From the NCBI GenBank assembly GCA_019414205.1, contig DXML01000020.1, positions 50,180-114,179 of the forward strand: a DNA stretch of 64,000 nucleotides, given 5' to 3'. This document shows, one piece after another, positions 8,786-18,641 of this stretch. A program made the position numbers and the translations under genes. Source of the DNA: Collinsella sp. (GTDB lineage: Bacteria; Actinomycetota; Coriobacteriia; Coriobacteriales; Coriobacteriaceae). The first letter of the stretch is position 1. Each line of letters starts with the position of its first letter. Under the pieces are notes generated by a model. It ran no database searches. It was not told the origin of the DNA and saw nothing but the letters and a program-made list of their open reading frames with translations.

Positions 8786-9265
8786 TTATTTGGTGTGCCC
8801 GCCGCCCGCCGTCATCTGGGCCGCATGCTCCAGCTGGTCGCTCACGGCCTCCCAGCTTTCGCGGGCCGCTTTCGTGGATCCCGGAAAGTTGATGACAAGC
8901 GTATACCCACGCTGCATGCACACGGCGCGCGAGAGCATGGCGCGGCGCGTCTTGGTCATGGAGTACGCACGGATCGCCTCGGCAATACCCGGCACATCGC
9001 GATCGCAGACGGTACGCGTCGCCTCGGGCGTCACATCGCGCATCGAAAGCCCCGTGCCGCCGCAGGTGAGCACGACATTGGCGTGGCACTCATCGGCGGC
9101 TTCCACAATGGCATCACCGATCTCGCTGACGTCGTCGCGCACGACCACATGCGAGGCGACCGTCCAGCCCTGCGCCTCGATAAGTTCCTCGAGTGCGGCT
9201 CCAGCCTCGTCCTGGGCAAGATCGCGCGTATCCGAGCACGTCACGATCGATATCTTCAGCTCCAT
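8786..9265 (-). CDS. moaB: MoaB/Mog-family molybdenum cofactor biosynthesis protein
   Basis: ORF trimmed to MELKISIVTCSDTRD... (SD GGAGGA). Contains the LTCGGTGLSMRDVTPEA motif. Confidence 0.8.
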   Translation of the reverse strand: MELKISIVTCSDTRDLAQDEAGAALEELIEAQGWTVASHVVVRDDVSEIGDAIVEAADECHANVVLTCGGTGLSMRDVTPEATRTVCDRDVPGIAEAIRAYSMTKTRRAMLSRAVCMQRGYTLVINFPGSTKAARESWEAVSDQLEHAAQMTAGGGHTK

Positions 9266-9275
9266 AGTCTTCCTC

Positions 9276-10538
9276 CTATAGCACCGTTCCCTCGGGCAGG
9301 TCGACGCGAACAACGTCCACGACATCTCCCGCCTTGAGGTCGCACGGTCCTTCGTCAACACGCAACAGGCAGTTCGCACGTTGCATAGTTCCAAGCAGCG
9401 CCGAATTCTGCGTCTTGGCCTCGGTCACCAACAGCTCACCGGTCTCGGAGTCGCGCAAAACCGTGGCGCGATCGAAGAAGCGGCGATGCTGTCGCTTTTT
9501 CACGCCGTGCGTGAGCGTCGCCTGCTGCACGGGACGCGCCCCCTCGGCAAAACCGCGCATCTTGCGAATCGCCGGGCGCGCGAGCATCTCAAAGCCCACA
9601 TACGCCGCCGCGGGATTGCCCGAAAGCCCCAGATACGGCTTGCCGCCGAGCAAGCCAAACGTGATGGCCTTGCCCGGACGCATCGAGATGCGATCGAACA
9701 GCACCTCGCCCTCGCGCTTGACCAGCGCCGTCACGTAGTCGTAATCGCCCGCAGAGGCGCCGCCGCTCGTAATGACAAAATCGCACTCCAGCACGGCGCG
9801 ATGCACCAGCTCGGCAATCGCCTGCTCATCATCGGGAGCGATGCCATAGAACACCGGCTCGGCGCCGGCATCGAGCGCTTCGGCCATCAACGCCGACGAG
9901 TTGGAGTCGCGAATCTGCCCGCGTGCCGGCAGCTCGCTCGGCGCGACCAGCTCCGTGCCCAGCGAGATAATGCCCACACGCGGCGCGGCATGCACCTTCA
10001 CGCTCGCATACCCGGCGCTCGCCAGCAGACCCGCGCCGGCCGGGGCCACAACCTCGCCGGCGTGCATCACAACATCGCCGACATGGGCCTCCTCGGCGGC
10101 AGAGCGAACGTTCTCCCCTACCTTGGCAGGCGCCGAAAACCTCACACGCGAACCCTCGTTGCCGTCACCGACGAGCACCTCGACGATCTCATACTTCACC
10201 ACGGCATCGGCACCTTCGGGTACCGGCGCGCCCGTCATGATGCGGACCGTCTCGCCCACGCCGATTGTGCCCTCAAACACATGGCCCGCAGCCTCGTGTC
10301 CGATAACGTCGAGCGTCACCGGCGCCTCGCCAGATGCCTGCGCCAAGTCCGCCGAGCGCACGGCATATCCGTCCATAGCGCTGTTGGCAAACGGCGAGAT
10401 GTCGATATCGGCCACCGCATCCTCTGCCAAGGGAAGACCGGCGGCCTGCCACACGGGAATCTCGACGACTTCGGTGCGATTCACGTGCGACAAGACGATC
10501 GCCTGCGCGTCCTCCAACGGAATGAGTTTCTCAGCCAT
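9276..10538 (-). CDS. moeA: Molybdopterin molybdenumtransferase
   Basis: MAEKLIPLEDAQ..., SPFANSAMDGYAV, ITSGGASAGDYDY. An alternative start at 10553 is possible. Confidence 0.85.
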   Translation of the reverse strand: MAEKLIPLEDAQAIVLSHVNRTEVVEIPVWQAAGLPLAEDAVADIDISPFANSAMDGYAVRSADLAQASGEAPVTLDVIGHEAAGHVFEGTIGVGETVRIMTGAPVPEGADAVVKYEIVEVLVGDGNEGSRVRFSAPAKVGENVRSAAEEAHVGDVVMHAGEVVAPAGAGLLASAGYASVKVHAAPRVGIISLGTELVAPSELPARGQIRDSNSSALMAEALDAGAEPVFYGIAPDDEQAIAELVHRAVLECDFVITSGGASAGDYDYVTALVKREGEVLFDRISMRPGKAITFGLLGGKPYLGLSGNPAAAYVGFEMLARPAIRKMRGFAEGARPVQQATLTHGVKKRQHRRFFDRATVLRDSETGELLVTEAKTQNSALLGTMQRANCLLRVDEGPCDLKAGDVVDVVRVDLPEGTVL

Positions 10539-10749
10539 ATACACCTCTAGCATGCTGCGGCGCGCAACAAAAGCGCCGATTCTTTATGTTTCTCTCAGTA
10601 TAATCCCTCGACGCGCGACCGCGACTTGGCCTGTACCCGCAAATACATCTGTCGGCCGCAAGCCGCGAAACAAAACCAAAACCAACCCACCGGCTCGTCG
10701 CGTTTACTGCGTTTTATAATGCTCGTGTTGCAACCCAAAAGAGGAACGT

Positions 10750-12171
10750 ATGGCTTTTACCGATAAACCCGAAAGCGCAAACGAGGCGCAGGATCATTCC
10801 CAGCCGCTCGACGGCGGCGGCTTCTTCTCCCTTAGCGACGTCATCATGGCCGGCAGGCATCAGCTCACCCGCTCCGAGCATCTCTTGGCTGCCGACACGC
10901 GTCGCAACGCCCGTAACCTACTCGCGAGCGCCAAGTTGCTCGCACTCGTCGTCATCGTCTCGCTCGCCATGGGCGTTGCCGCTTGGGCGTTTTTGGCCTC
11001 GCTGAATATCGCGACCGACTATCGCGAGCGCCATGCGTGGGTCTACGCCTTGCTTCCCGTTGTGGGCGTTGCCACCGCTTGGGTGTACAAAAACCACGGC
11101 CTTGCCGCCAAACGCGGAAACAACCTAGTCATCGACTCCGCTCTGGGCACACGCCTCATCCATATGCGCATGGCCGTCCTCACCTTCGTCTGTTCCACGC
11201 TCACGCACCTAACGGGCGGGTCGGCCGGTCGCGAGGGAGCTGCGGTGCAGATTGGTGGCACCATCGCCAGCAACATCTCGAGCCTCGCCCACCTCAAAAA
11301 GCATGACCACCACGACCTCATGCTCGCCGGCATCTCGTCGGCCTTTGGCGCCGTATTCGGTTCACCCCTTGCTGGAGCTTTCTTTGGCATGGAGATGTGC
11401 TTTATCGGCAAGATCGACTACACCGCGGGCATCTACTGCCTGGTCGCCTCGTTTTCCGGCTACTTTACGTCGCTTGCCTTGGGAACCGAGTACGAGGCGA
11501 ATGTCATCGCCAGCGTTCCCAACATGACACCACGGACGATTGTCATCGTAGTCATCAGCGCCATCATCTTTGGTCTCACCGCACGTCTCTTTGCCTGGTC
11601 GGTTCGTACCGTCAAGAGCCTGTACGGCCGCTTTATCACCAATTACCTCGTTCGCGCACTCATAGGCGCACTCGTGGTTTTGGCCGCCTACGCCCTCCTC
11701 GACGCCTGGGACTACGCCGGCCTTTCCACGTGGCTTTCCGGCGCCGGGTTTGCAGGCAACACCACCCTGGCGGACGCAGCTATCAAGTTGGTCGTCACAG
11801 CGCTTACCCTGGGCGCCGGCTTCCAAGGCGGCGAGGTCACGCCTCTGTTTGGCATCGGTGCGGCGCTCGGCGGCTGGATCGGCTGCCTCGTCGGAATCGA
11901 CCCCAGCTTTCTAGCGGCGCTGGGCATGCTCGGCGTGTTCTGCGCCGGCCTTAACGTGCCCATCACCACCTGCATGATGGCCATCGACCTGTTCCACGGC
12001 ACGGCCGCCGGCTTCTTCGTGATCGTGGCGTTTATCAGCTATCTCGCCGGCGGACACCGCGGCGTATATCCCGCACAGCGCATTGTCTCGCCTAAACGCC
12101 GTTCGCTTATTGTGGACGAGGGCGGCACGGTGGCAGAGGCTATCGAGCGCCACAACGACCTGATAGAGTAG
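10750..12171 (+). CDS. CLC family anion channel/antiporter, CLC-F-like (putative F-/H+ antiporter)
   Basis: 473-aa polytopic ORF with RGNNLVID, GREGAAVQIGG and GGEVTPLFGIG at the three CLC selectivity-filter positions. Confidence 0.75.
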   Translation: MAFTDKPESANEAQDHSQPLDGGGFFSLSDVIMAGRHQLTRSEHLLAADTRRNARNLLASAKLLALVVIVSLAMGVAAWAFLASLNIATDYRERHAWVYALLPVVGVATAWVYKNHGLAAKRGNNLVIDSALGTRLIHMRMAVLTFVCSTLTHLTGGSAGREGAAVQIGGTIASNISSLAHLKKHDHHDLMLAGISSAFGAVFGSPLAGAFFGMEMCFIGKIDYTAGIYCLVASFSGYFTSLALGTEYEANVIASVPNMTPRTIVIVVISAIIFGLTARLFAWSVRTVKSLYGRFITNYLVRALIGALVVLAAYALLDAWDYAGLSTWLSGAGFAGNTTLADAAIKLVVTALTLGAGFQGGEVTPLFGIGAALGGWIGCLVGIDPSFLAALGMLGVFCAGLNVPITTCMMAIDLFHGTAAGFFVIVAFISYLAGGHRGVYPAQRIVSPKRRSLIVDEGGTVAEAIERHNDLIE

Positions 12172-12258
12172 ACGTTAGTATTCGCCGTGCAGCCACAATC
12201 GGGAGCAATTCGACCCGAGCGCGACCGCACCGTCACGTCATACGCCGGGAGTCGCCCC

Positions 12259-13221
12259 ATGCACGCAACTGATTTTGGTCGCACGCTCATCATCGCCAAC
12301 CCAGCCGCCCAGTCGGGTGCGGCACGCGAAGTTGCCGAGCGCCTGCAACGCTTTTTGGACATGACTGCACGCGCATCCCAGTTTGACCTGGTGTTGACCG
12401 AGCGTATGGGACACGCCAAGGAGCTGGCCGCACAGGCACAGGGTTATCGCACCGTTATCGCCCTTGGCGGCGACGGCGTGATTCACGAGGTCGTCAACGG
12501 GCTTATGACGCAAAAGGAGGACGCCCGCCCCGCCCTTGCCGTCCTGCCCGTGGGCTCCGGCAACGATTTTGCCCAGACGCTCGGTATCGACGATTTCTCC
12601 GGCAAGGATTTTGGCGCGCTGCTCACCTGCGAGCTGCAGCGTCAGGACATCGGGCGCATTCGCTCGTGGAGCCCCGCGAGCGGCAGCGGCGAGGCTACCG
12701 TAGAGTACTACGACCAGACGCTTTCGGTCGGCATCGATGCCGCCATCGGCCTTGGCACCACCGAGCTGCGCAAAAAGACCGGCTTGACGGGTGCTCCGCT
12801 CTACACCCTTTCGGGACTTGAGCAGTTTGGCCTGCGCTATCGCAACTACCCCATGACAGTCAGCTTTGACGGCGCGCCCGCCGAGCGCGTGAGGGCGATC
12901 ATCATGGCAATTCAGCTGGGCCCCACCTATGGCTCGGGCTATCGCATCTGCCCCGATGCCGACCCCTGCGACGGCATGCTCGACGTCTGCTACGCCTGCG
13001 GTCCCGTCCCTCGCGCGGTAGCCCTGCCAATGTTCCTTTCGGCCAAGGACGGCCACCATACCAAGTTGCCACCGATTCGCATGCGCCGCTGTCGCCATGC
13101 CGAGCTCACCTTTGAGGAGCCCGACTACCCCATCCAGGCCGACGGCGAGCCCGTTGTCGCCTCGCGCATTGAGGTCGACATCCTCGCCGGCGCCCTCCAG
13201 GTCTGGCACCCCACCCGCTAG
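12259..13221 (+). CDS. Diacylglycerol kinase-family lipid kinase (YegS/DagK-like)
   Basis: LIIANPAAQSG, VIALGGDGVIHEVVNGL, LPVGSGNDFA. Start set to ATG 12259; the track starts at GTG 12187. Confidence 0.8.
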   Translation: MHATDFGRTLIIANPAAQSGAAREVAERLQRFLDMTARASQFDLVLTERMGHAKELAAQAQGYRTVIALGGDGVIHEVVNGLMTQKEDARPALAVLPVGSGNDFAQTLGIDDFSGKDFGALLTCELQRQDIGRIRSWSPASGSGEATVEYYDQTLSVGIDAAIGLGTTELRKKTGLTGAPLYTLSGLEQFGLRYRNYPMTVSFDGAPAERVRAIIMAIQLGPTYGSGYRICPDADPCDGMLDVCYACGPVPRAVALPMFLSAKDGHHTKLPPIRMRRCRHAELTFEEPDYPIQADGEPVVASRIEVDILAGALQVWHPTR

Positions 13222-13242
13222 CAAGACCAGCGAAACAATCGG

Positions 13243-13623
13243 CTACTCGTCGCTCCCCGGCTTGCGACGGTTGGCCTTTTTAATCGCGTTGAAGTGCTTG
13301 TCATTGAGCCTCCGCTGGCGCGAGCGCTGAGGCACCTTGGTCTTTACGCGTCGGCGCGGTGGACGCCCGCGACGCTCAAGCTCAGCGCGCAGCTTACGCA
13401 GGCAGCTCGCGCGATTCTGAAACTGACTACGGCTCTCGCGCGCCGTCACAACAATCCCCGTGGGCCCATGCTTCATACGCACCGCCGAGTCCGTCGTGTT
13501 CACGCCTTGCCCGCCCGGACCCGTCGCGCGAAACACCTGCACCTCGCAATCGCGCGCCAACTCCTCGGCCGACATCTCGGCATAGCGCGCATACTCGCGC
13601 CATCCCATCTTGTTCTCATCCAT
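13243..13623 (-). CDS. arfB: Alternative ribosome-rescue factor / peptidyl-tRNA hydrolase ArfB
   Basis: 126 aa with GGQ motif ([16 protein letters not shown]) and a basic C-terminal tail. SD GAGGGGAGG precedes ATG 13623. Confidence 0.8.
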   Translation of the reverse strand: MDENKMGWREYARYAEMSAEELARDCEVQVFRATGPGGQGVNTTDSAVRMKHGPTGIVVTARESRSQFQNRASCLRKLRAELERRGRPPRRRVKTKVPQRSRQRRLNDKHFNAIKKANRRKPGSDE

Positions 13624-13643
13624 ATCAACACCTCCCCTCATAC

Positions 13644-13679
13644 AAAAAATGTGACAAAGGGACAGTCCCTTTGTCACAT
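13644..13679 (-). terminator. Rho-independent terminator after xpt
   Basis: Minus strand ATGTGACAAAGGGA-ctg-TCCCTTTGTCACAT followed by TTTTTTG. Confidence 0.8.
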
Positions 13680-13706
13680 CGCATACCAATCGCTTGTGTT
13701 GCGCGC

Positions 13707-14285
13707 TTAGGCGAAGGTGATCTCGCCGGTCTCGCAGTCCATATCGGCGATACGGGCCAGGCTCTCGACGCGAAAGCCGCGCTCGCGGAGCTTATCGCCG
13801 CCGCCCTGGAAGCCCTTCTCCACCGCAATGCCAATACCGGACACCTCGGCACCCGCAGCCTCGCAGATCTTGATAAGACCCTCGAGCGCGCAGCCGTTGG
13901 CCAAAAAGTCGTCGATGATCAGGACCTTGTCGCCCTCGGACAGGAAGCGTTTGCCAACGATGACCGGGTACTCCTTCTGCTTGGTAAAGGAGTAGATGGT
14001 CGTGGCGTACTGCTCGCCGTCGAGGTTGATGGACTGTGCCTTCTTGGCAAAGACCACCGGCACGCCGCCAAAATGCTGAGCCGCGATGCAAGCCATACCA
14101 ATGCCCGAAGCCTCGATCGTCAGGATCTTGTTGATCTCGACATCCTTGAACAGACGGGCCCACTCGGCGCCCATGTGGTCGAACAGCTCAACGTCGCACT
14201 GGTGGTTGAGGAAGGCATCAACCTTAAGGACGTTACCGGCCTTTACGATGCCGTCATGGCGAATACGATCCTCAAGCTCCTGCAT
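13707..14285 (-). CDS. xpt: Xanthine phosphoribosyltransferase
   Basis: 192 aa: [14 protein letters not shown]...[15 protein letters not shown]-binding motif. Confidence 0.9.
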   Translation of the reverse strand: MQELEDRIRHDGIVKAGNVLKVDAFLNHQCDVELFDHMGAEWARLFKDVEINKILTIEASGIGMACIAAQHFGGVPVVFAKKAQSINLDGEQYATTIYSFTKQKEYPVIVGKRFLSEGDKVLIIDDFLANGCALEGLIKICEAAGAEVSGIGIAVEKGFQGGGDKLRERGFRVESLARIADMDCETGEITFA

Positions 14286-14443
14286 GGCGCAACCCCTTCT
14301 CGCGGCAACGATACCGCGCGATTAATAAACGTTGTTCGATAGTCTACCACGGACCGACCCCCGCCCGCCCCACAAGCCGCATCGCACCACAAACCAGTCT
14401 TTTTGAGACGGCGCGAATACGTGGCAGGCAGCCTCCCAACACG

Positions 14444-15748
14444 CTAATGGCGGGCGCGCATCCTCATCAAGCGCACCATGGCGAGCGCAAAGCCCACAGC
14501 GGCCACAGCCATGAGCACATAGAACACCGAGCGAAAGCCGAACAGGAACACATCCGGACGGCCTGCAACAAAACTGGTCACAGCCTCGCCCATCGCCACG
14601 CTCATCTGGCCATACAGGATGTGCGACGCCACCGTAATACCCAGCGCCATGCCCGCATAGCGCGCCAAACTGCCCAAGCTGCCCGCAAAACCGAGCGCCT
14701 CGCGCGGGGCCGACCCCATGTACAGGGAGTTGTTGGGGCTCTGGAAGATCGACGTACCGCACGACATAAATGCGACGCAGCACACGATGACAGGGATCGA
14801 AGAGTGCTCGTCGAGCGTGCTCACCGCAAAGAGGCCGCACACGTACACGCCCAGGCCCACGGCCGTGGGGCCCTCGCAGCCAACACGGTCCGAAACCGTA
14901 CCCGAAAGCGGGCCGATAAAGGCATTTACCATCGGCAGTGCCAAAAAGAGCAGTCCGGAGATGTCGGAACCAAAGCCGTGGGCGTCCTGAAAATAGAACG
15001 GCAGGATAAACTCGGATGCGCCAATACCAACGAACACGATGAGCATGCAGGCAAGGTTGATGGTGAAGGCCGAATTTGCAAAGCAGCGACGAGCAGCCTC
15101 AATCAGGGACATGGGGCGCTCGCCGGCCTCAGGCTTAACATGCGGTAGCGTATAGAGCCCCACGATAAACGAGATGACGCCAATGGGCAGGTTGATGAGG
15201 AAGATGCTCTCCCAGGGAAAGTTCGCCACCAGCATGCCGCCGAGCACGGGACCACACATCATGCCGAGGGCCACGAAGGTCGCGAGAATACCCATGGCAC
15301 GACCGCGCTCGCGCGCCGGAAACGACTCGGTGATGATACCCATGTTGTTGGCCATGGCCGCCGCGCAACCGACGCCCTGAACAATGCGTGCCAGGATAAG
15401 AACCTCGAGCGAGGCCGAAAGGCCGCACAGCAGCGAGCCGATCGAAAAGACGATGACGCCCAGCTGGAACACATTCACCTTGCCGCGCACGTCGCCCAGA
15501 CGGCCAAACGACAACATAGCCACGCATGTCGCAAGCAGATACACCGAGCTCACCAGCTGAATGCGATCGAGGCCCACGCCCAGCTCCTTTTGCATCACGG
15601 GCAGTGCCACGGTCACGACGGTCGAATCCAGACACACCATAAACGTCATGATGAGCACGGTAAACAGAATCGCCCATTTGTTCTTGCCATGGGTGTCGCC
15701 CTCAAGGGCAATGCGCTCGCGGCGCAGCTGCTCTGCAGTTTTCTCCAT
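14444..15748 (-). CDS. MFS transporter (drug:H+ antiporter-like)
   Basis: Polytopic, with MFS motifs (LPVMQKELG, GRLGDVRGK). Start set to ATG 15748, since a terminator hairpin lies upstream of it. Confidence 0.8.
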   Translation of the reverse strand: MEKTAEQLRRERIALEGDTHGKNKWAILFTVLIMTFMVCLDSTVVTVALPVMQKELGVGLDRIQLVSSVYLLATCVAMLSFGRLGDVRGKVNVFQLGVIVFSIGSLLCGLSASLEVLILARIVQGVGCAAAMANNMGIITESFPARERGRAMGILATFVALGMMCGPVLGGMLVANFPWESIFLINLPIGVISFIVGLYTLPHVKPEAGERPMSLIEAARRCFANSAFTINLACMLIVFVGIGASEFILPFYFQDAHGFGSDISGLLFLALPMVNAFIGPLSGTVSDRVGCEGPTAVGLGVYVCGLFAVSTLDEHSSIPVIVCCVAFMSCGTSIFQSPNNSLYMGSAPREALGFAGSLGSLARYAGMALGITVASHILYGQMSVAMGEAVTSFVAGRPDVFLFGFRSVFYVLMAVAAVGFALAMVRLMRMRARH

Positions 15749-15774
15749 ATCCATCCTTTCGAGTGGTGCAACGC

Positions 15775-15820
15775 AAAAACGGGGCCCCAATCGCCTGCGA
15801 ACAGTCGCGATTGGGGTCCC
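15775..15820 (-). terminator. Rho-independent terminator after metY
   Basis: Minus strand GGGACCCCAATCGC-loop-GCGATTGGGGCCCC followed by GTTTTTG. Confidence 0.75.
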
Positions 15821-15889
15821 GCCTACGGAATCGGAACGAAAGGCCGCCGAAGCTTTCTGTCAGCATCGGCGACTTGTGCGAAGGCTAGC

Positions 15890-17179
15890 CTAGCACTGCT
15901 CGAGCGCCTGCTCAAGGTCGGCAATCAGATCGGCCGTGTCCTCGAGGCCGCACGACAGGCGCACCATGTCGGCGGAGATGCCGCAGGCGATGAGCTCCTC
16001 ATCGTTCATCTGACGGTGCGTGGCGTTAGCGGGATGCAGGCAGCAGGTGCGGGCGTCTGCCACATGCGTGGCAATCTGGGCGAGCTTAAGGCTCTTCATA
16101 AAGGTCTCGGCCGCCGCGCGACCACCGTTAAAGCCAAAGCTCACGACGCCGCAGGTACCGTTGGGCATGTACTTCTGAGCCAGGTCATAGTACTTATCGC
16201 CCTCCAGGCCCGGATAGCTTACAAAGCGCACCTTGGGATGGCTCTGCAGGAACTTGGCAACGGCCAGGCCGTTCTCGCAATGACGCGGCATGCGCACATG
16301 CAGGCTCTCGAGCGAGCTATTCAGGAAAAACGCCGCCTGCGGGTTCTGCATGGGGCCAAGGTCGCGCATGAGCTGCGCGGTGGCCTTGGTAATGAAGGCG
16401 CCCTCGCGACCGAACTTCTCGGCATACGTCACGCCGTGGTAGCTCTCGTCAGGCGTGGTGAGACCCGGGAACTTGTCCGCATGGGCCATCCAGTCAAACT
16501 GGCCGTGGTCGACAATCACGCCGCCCAGGTAGGCAGCATGTCCATCCATGTACTTGGTGGTAGAGTGCGTAACGATGTCGGCGCCCCACTCAAAGGGACG
16601 GCACATCACGGGCGTCGGGAAGGTGTTGTCGACCATCAGCGGCACGCCGTGGTCATGTGCGGCCTTGGCAAAGCGCTCAATATCGAGCACGGCAAGGGCG
16701 GGGTTTGCGATCGTCTCGCCAAAGACGAGCTTGGTGTTGGGCCGGAAGGCTGCCTCAAGCTCCTCGTCGGTGCAGTCGGGGGCGACGAACGTGCAGGTCA
16801 CGCCCATGCGGCCCATGGTGTGGGCGAGCAGGTTATACGTACCGCCGTAAATGGCAGAGCTCGCGACCACATGATCGCCGGCACCGACCACGTTAAAGAT
16901 CGCGAGGAAATTCGCAGCCATGCCCGAGCTCGTGAGCATCGCAGCGGTGCCGCCCTCCATCTCGCAGATCTTGGCGGCAACGAGATCGCACGTGGGGTTC
17001 TGCAAACGGCTGTAGAAGTAGCCCGACTCCTCCAGGTCAAACAGCTTGCCCATGTGCTCGGACGTGTCGTATTTCCACGTGGTGGACTGGTAGATGGGCA
17101 CCTGGCGCGGCTCCGCATCGCCCGGATGATAGCCGCCCTGAACGCACGTGGTACCGATAGTCTGCTCGCACATATCCAA
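15890..17179 (-). CDS. metY: O-acetylhomoserine sulfhydrylase (PLP-dependent Cys/Met metabolism family)
   Basis: 429 aa: YSRLQNPT, THSTTKYMDGH (PLP lysine). Confidence 0.85.
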   Translation of the reverse strand: MDMCEQTIGTTCVQGGYHPGDAEPRQVPIYQSTTWKYDTSEHMGKLFDLEESGYFYSRLQNPTCDLVAAKICEMEGGTAAMLTSSGMAANFLAIFNVVGAGDHVVASSAIYGGTYNLLAHTMGRMGVTCTFVAPDCTDEELEAAFRPNTKLVFGETIANPALAVLDIERFAKAAHDHGVPLMVDNTFPTPVMCRPFEWGADIVTHSTTKYMDGHAAYLGGVIVDHGQFDWMAHADKFPGLTTPDESYHGVTYAEKFGREGAFITKATAQLMRDLGPMQNPQAAFFLNSSLESLHVRMPRHCENGLAVAKFLQSHPKVRFVSYPGLEGDKYYDLAQKYMPNGTCGVVSFGFNGGRAAAETFMKSLKLAQIATHVADARTCCLHPANATHRQMNDEELIACGISADMVRLSCGLEDTADLIADLEQALEQC

Positions 17180-17260
17180 CTCCCTTACTTGGGTTTTGTT
17201 TTATTCGGTTCACAATACCGCTACCCCGCACCCCTCTCAACCCATCCCGCCGATAGGTTA

Positions 17261-17300
17261 TGGGACAAATTAATCAGGTTTATTTGTCCCAAATCTTAAG
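17261..17300 (+). repeat. Conserved 40-nt hairpin-plus-tail motif, copy 1
   Basis: TGGGACAAATTAATCAG-N5-TTTGTCCCAAATCTTAAG. 35/40 identical to 29460-29499; the differences fall only in the loop. Confidence 0.7.
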
Positions 17301-17406
17301 AAAGTGTTCGATGGCGAAAAACAATGAGATATGCACTGCGGTCTCGATAAGCGAATGCGCCAGCAAGGGTACCATAGGCGGGTACACCGCAATCAAGGAG
17401 ACACCG

Positions 17407-17853
17407 ATGAAGCAGATTGATACCACTCAGCTCAACACTGCCACCTGCCAGGCTCAGGCTGCCGAATACCACGCCCGCGGCTTTAACTGCGCGCAGGCCG
17501 TCGCCTGCACGCTCGCGCCCGCCGTCGGGCTCGACCCCCAGGTCGCCTTTACCCTCACCGAGGGCTTTGGCGCCGGCATGGGCGGCATGACCGAAACTTG
17601 CGGTGCCATCTCGGGCGCCGTGGCCATCATGGGCTTTGTAATGAGCGATGGCATGGAAAACCCCAAGACCAAGGGCCAGACCTACAAACTGTCGCGCGAG
17701 ATTGCCAAGCGCTTTGGCGAGAAGAACACGACGACCGCCTGCGGCACGCTCAAGGGCATCGGATCGGACAAGGGTCCGCTTCGCAGCTGTCCCGGTTGCA
17801 TCGACGATGCCGTCGAAATCGCCTGTGATGTGCTAAAGCAGCTCGCCGAGTAA
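17407..17853 (+). CDS. C_GCAxxG_C_C family putative redox-active protein
   Basis: Start at ATG 17407 (SD AAGGAG). FNCAQAVAC, ETCGAISGAV and C-terminal CPGCIDDAVEIAC. Confidence 0.7.
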   Translation: MKQIDTTQLNTATCQAQAAEYHARGFNCAQAVACTLAPAVGLDPQVAFTLTEGFGAGMGGMTETCGAISGAVAIMGFVMSDGMENPKTKGQTYKLSREIAKRFGEKNTTTACGTLKGIGSDKGPLRSCPGCIDDAVEIACDVLKQLAE

Positions 17854-17920
17854 ACGGCAGCGACATAAAACGACGGCCGGCGCGCTGGGGATCCGTCCAA
17901 AAGCACGCCGACCGTCGCCG

Positions 17921-18559
17921 TTAGAACTCGGCAAATTCGGGAGTGCTGACCTCAATCTCCTCGCGCCCCGCCATAAGCTCGCGCATCTTAGCGCAAAACG
18001 ACCCCTGCTCCCCCGCCTTAAACACCAAATGAAGTGTCACGGCATCCGCGTACTCGGTATCCGAAACCTTGGCACCCGAATCCTGCGCCAAACGAAGCAC
18101 CTGCTCATACTGTGGATAGGCCACATGCACGTCAACCGGCACGACACTCGTCATCTCAACGATCTGCCCAGCCTCCTGAGCCGCGGCCACCGCCGCCTGT
18201 GTCGCCGCCGTATAGGCTCGTACCAGACCACCGGGCCCCAACAACGTGCCGCCAAAATAACGCGTCACAACACAGCATACGTTTTTAAGTCCCGCACCAC
18301 GCAGCACCTCGAGCGTCGGCATACCACTCGTGCGGCTCGGTTCACCATCATCGCTCTGGCGCTCACGTCCATCGACCACAATCCACGCGGGAACATTGTG
18401 CCGGGCGTCGTAATGACGCTTGCGAACCATCTCGATAAAGGCATTCGCCTCGTCCTCGGACTCAATATGGACCAGCTGGGCAATAAACCGACTCTTACGA
18501 TCGACGAACTCACCCGTAGCCTCAATATTCGATTGCAGAGTAAAAAAGCTGTCCAACAA
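17921..18559 (-). CDS. yigZ: YigZ / IMPACT family protein
   Basis: 212 aa: DRKSRFIA...HNVPAW...GEPSRTSG...VTRYFGGTLLGPGGLVRAY. Confidence 0.85.
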   Translation of the reverse strand: MLDSFFTLQSNIEATGEFVDRKSRFIAQLVHIESEDEANAFIEMVRKRHYDARHNVPAWIVVDGRERQSDDGEPSRTSGMPTLEVLRGAGLKNVCCVVTRYFGGTLLGPGGLVRAYTAATQAAVAAAQEAGQIVEMTSVVPVDVHVAYPQYEQVLRLAQDSGAKVSDTEYADAVTLHLVFKAGEQGSFCAKMRELMAGREEIEVSTPEFAEF

Positions 18560-18641
18560 AGCCCCTCAACAAAATAAAGCGCAGCAACAAACAGCTTCAA
18601 TAATACGGCAAAGGCCGTACCGATTGTCAGGGTAACAAAAA

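Noticed and set aside
10554-10749. Fluoride (crcB-motif) riboswitch upstream of the CLC-F-like gene
   Set aside because: I could not find the conserved GGxGAUGG...CUGAUGA-type core by eye. This needs cmsearch to be definitive.
14286-14443. Purine riboswitch upstream of xpt
   Set aside because: There is no UAUAAU...GUUUCUACC...CCGUAAAU-type conserved core, and the region is GC-rich with no three-way-junction signature.
17180-17406. SAM/SAH-type riboswitch in the metY / C_GCAxxG divergent region
   Set aside because: No SAM-I, SAM-IV or SAH conserved cores are recognisable. Only the 40-nt repeat motif and short local stems are present.
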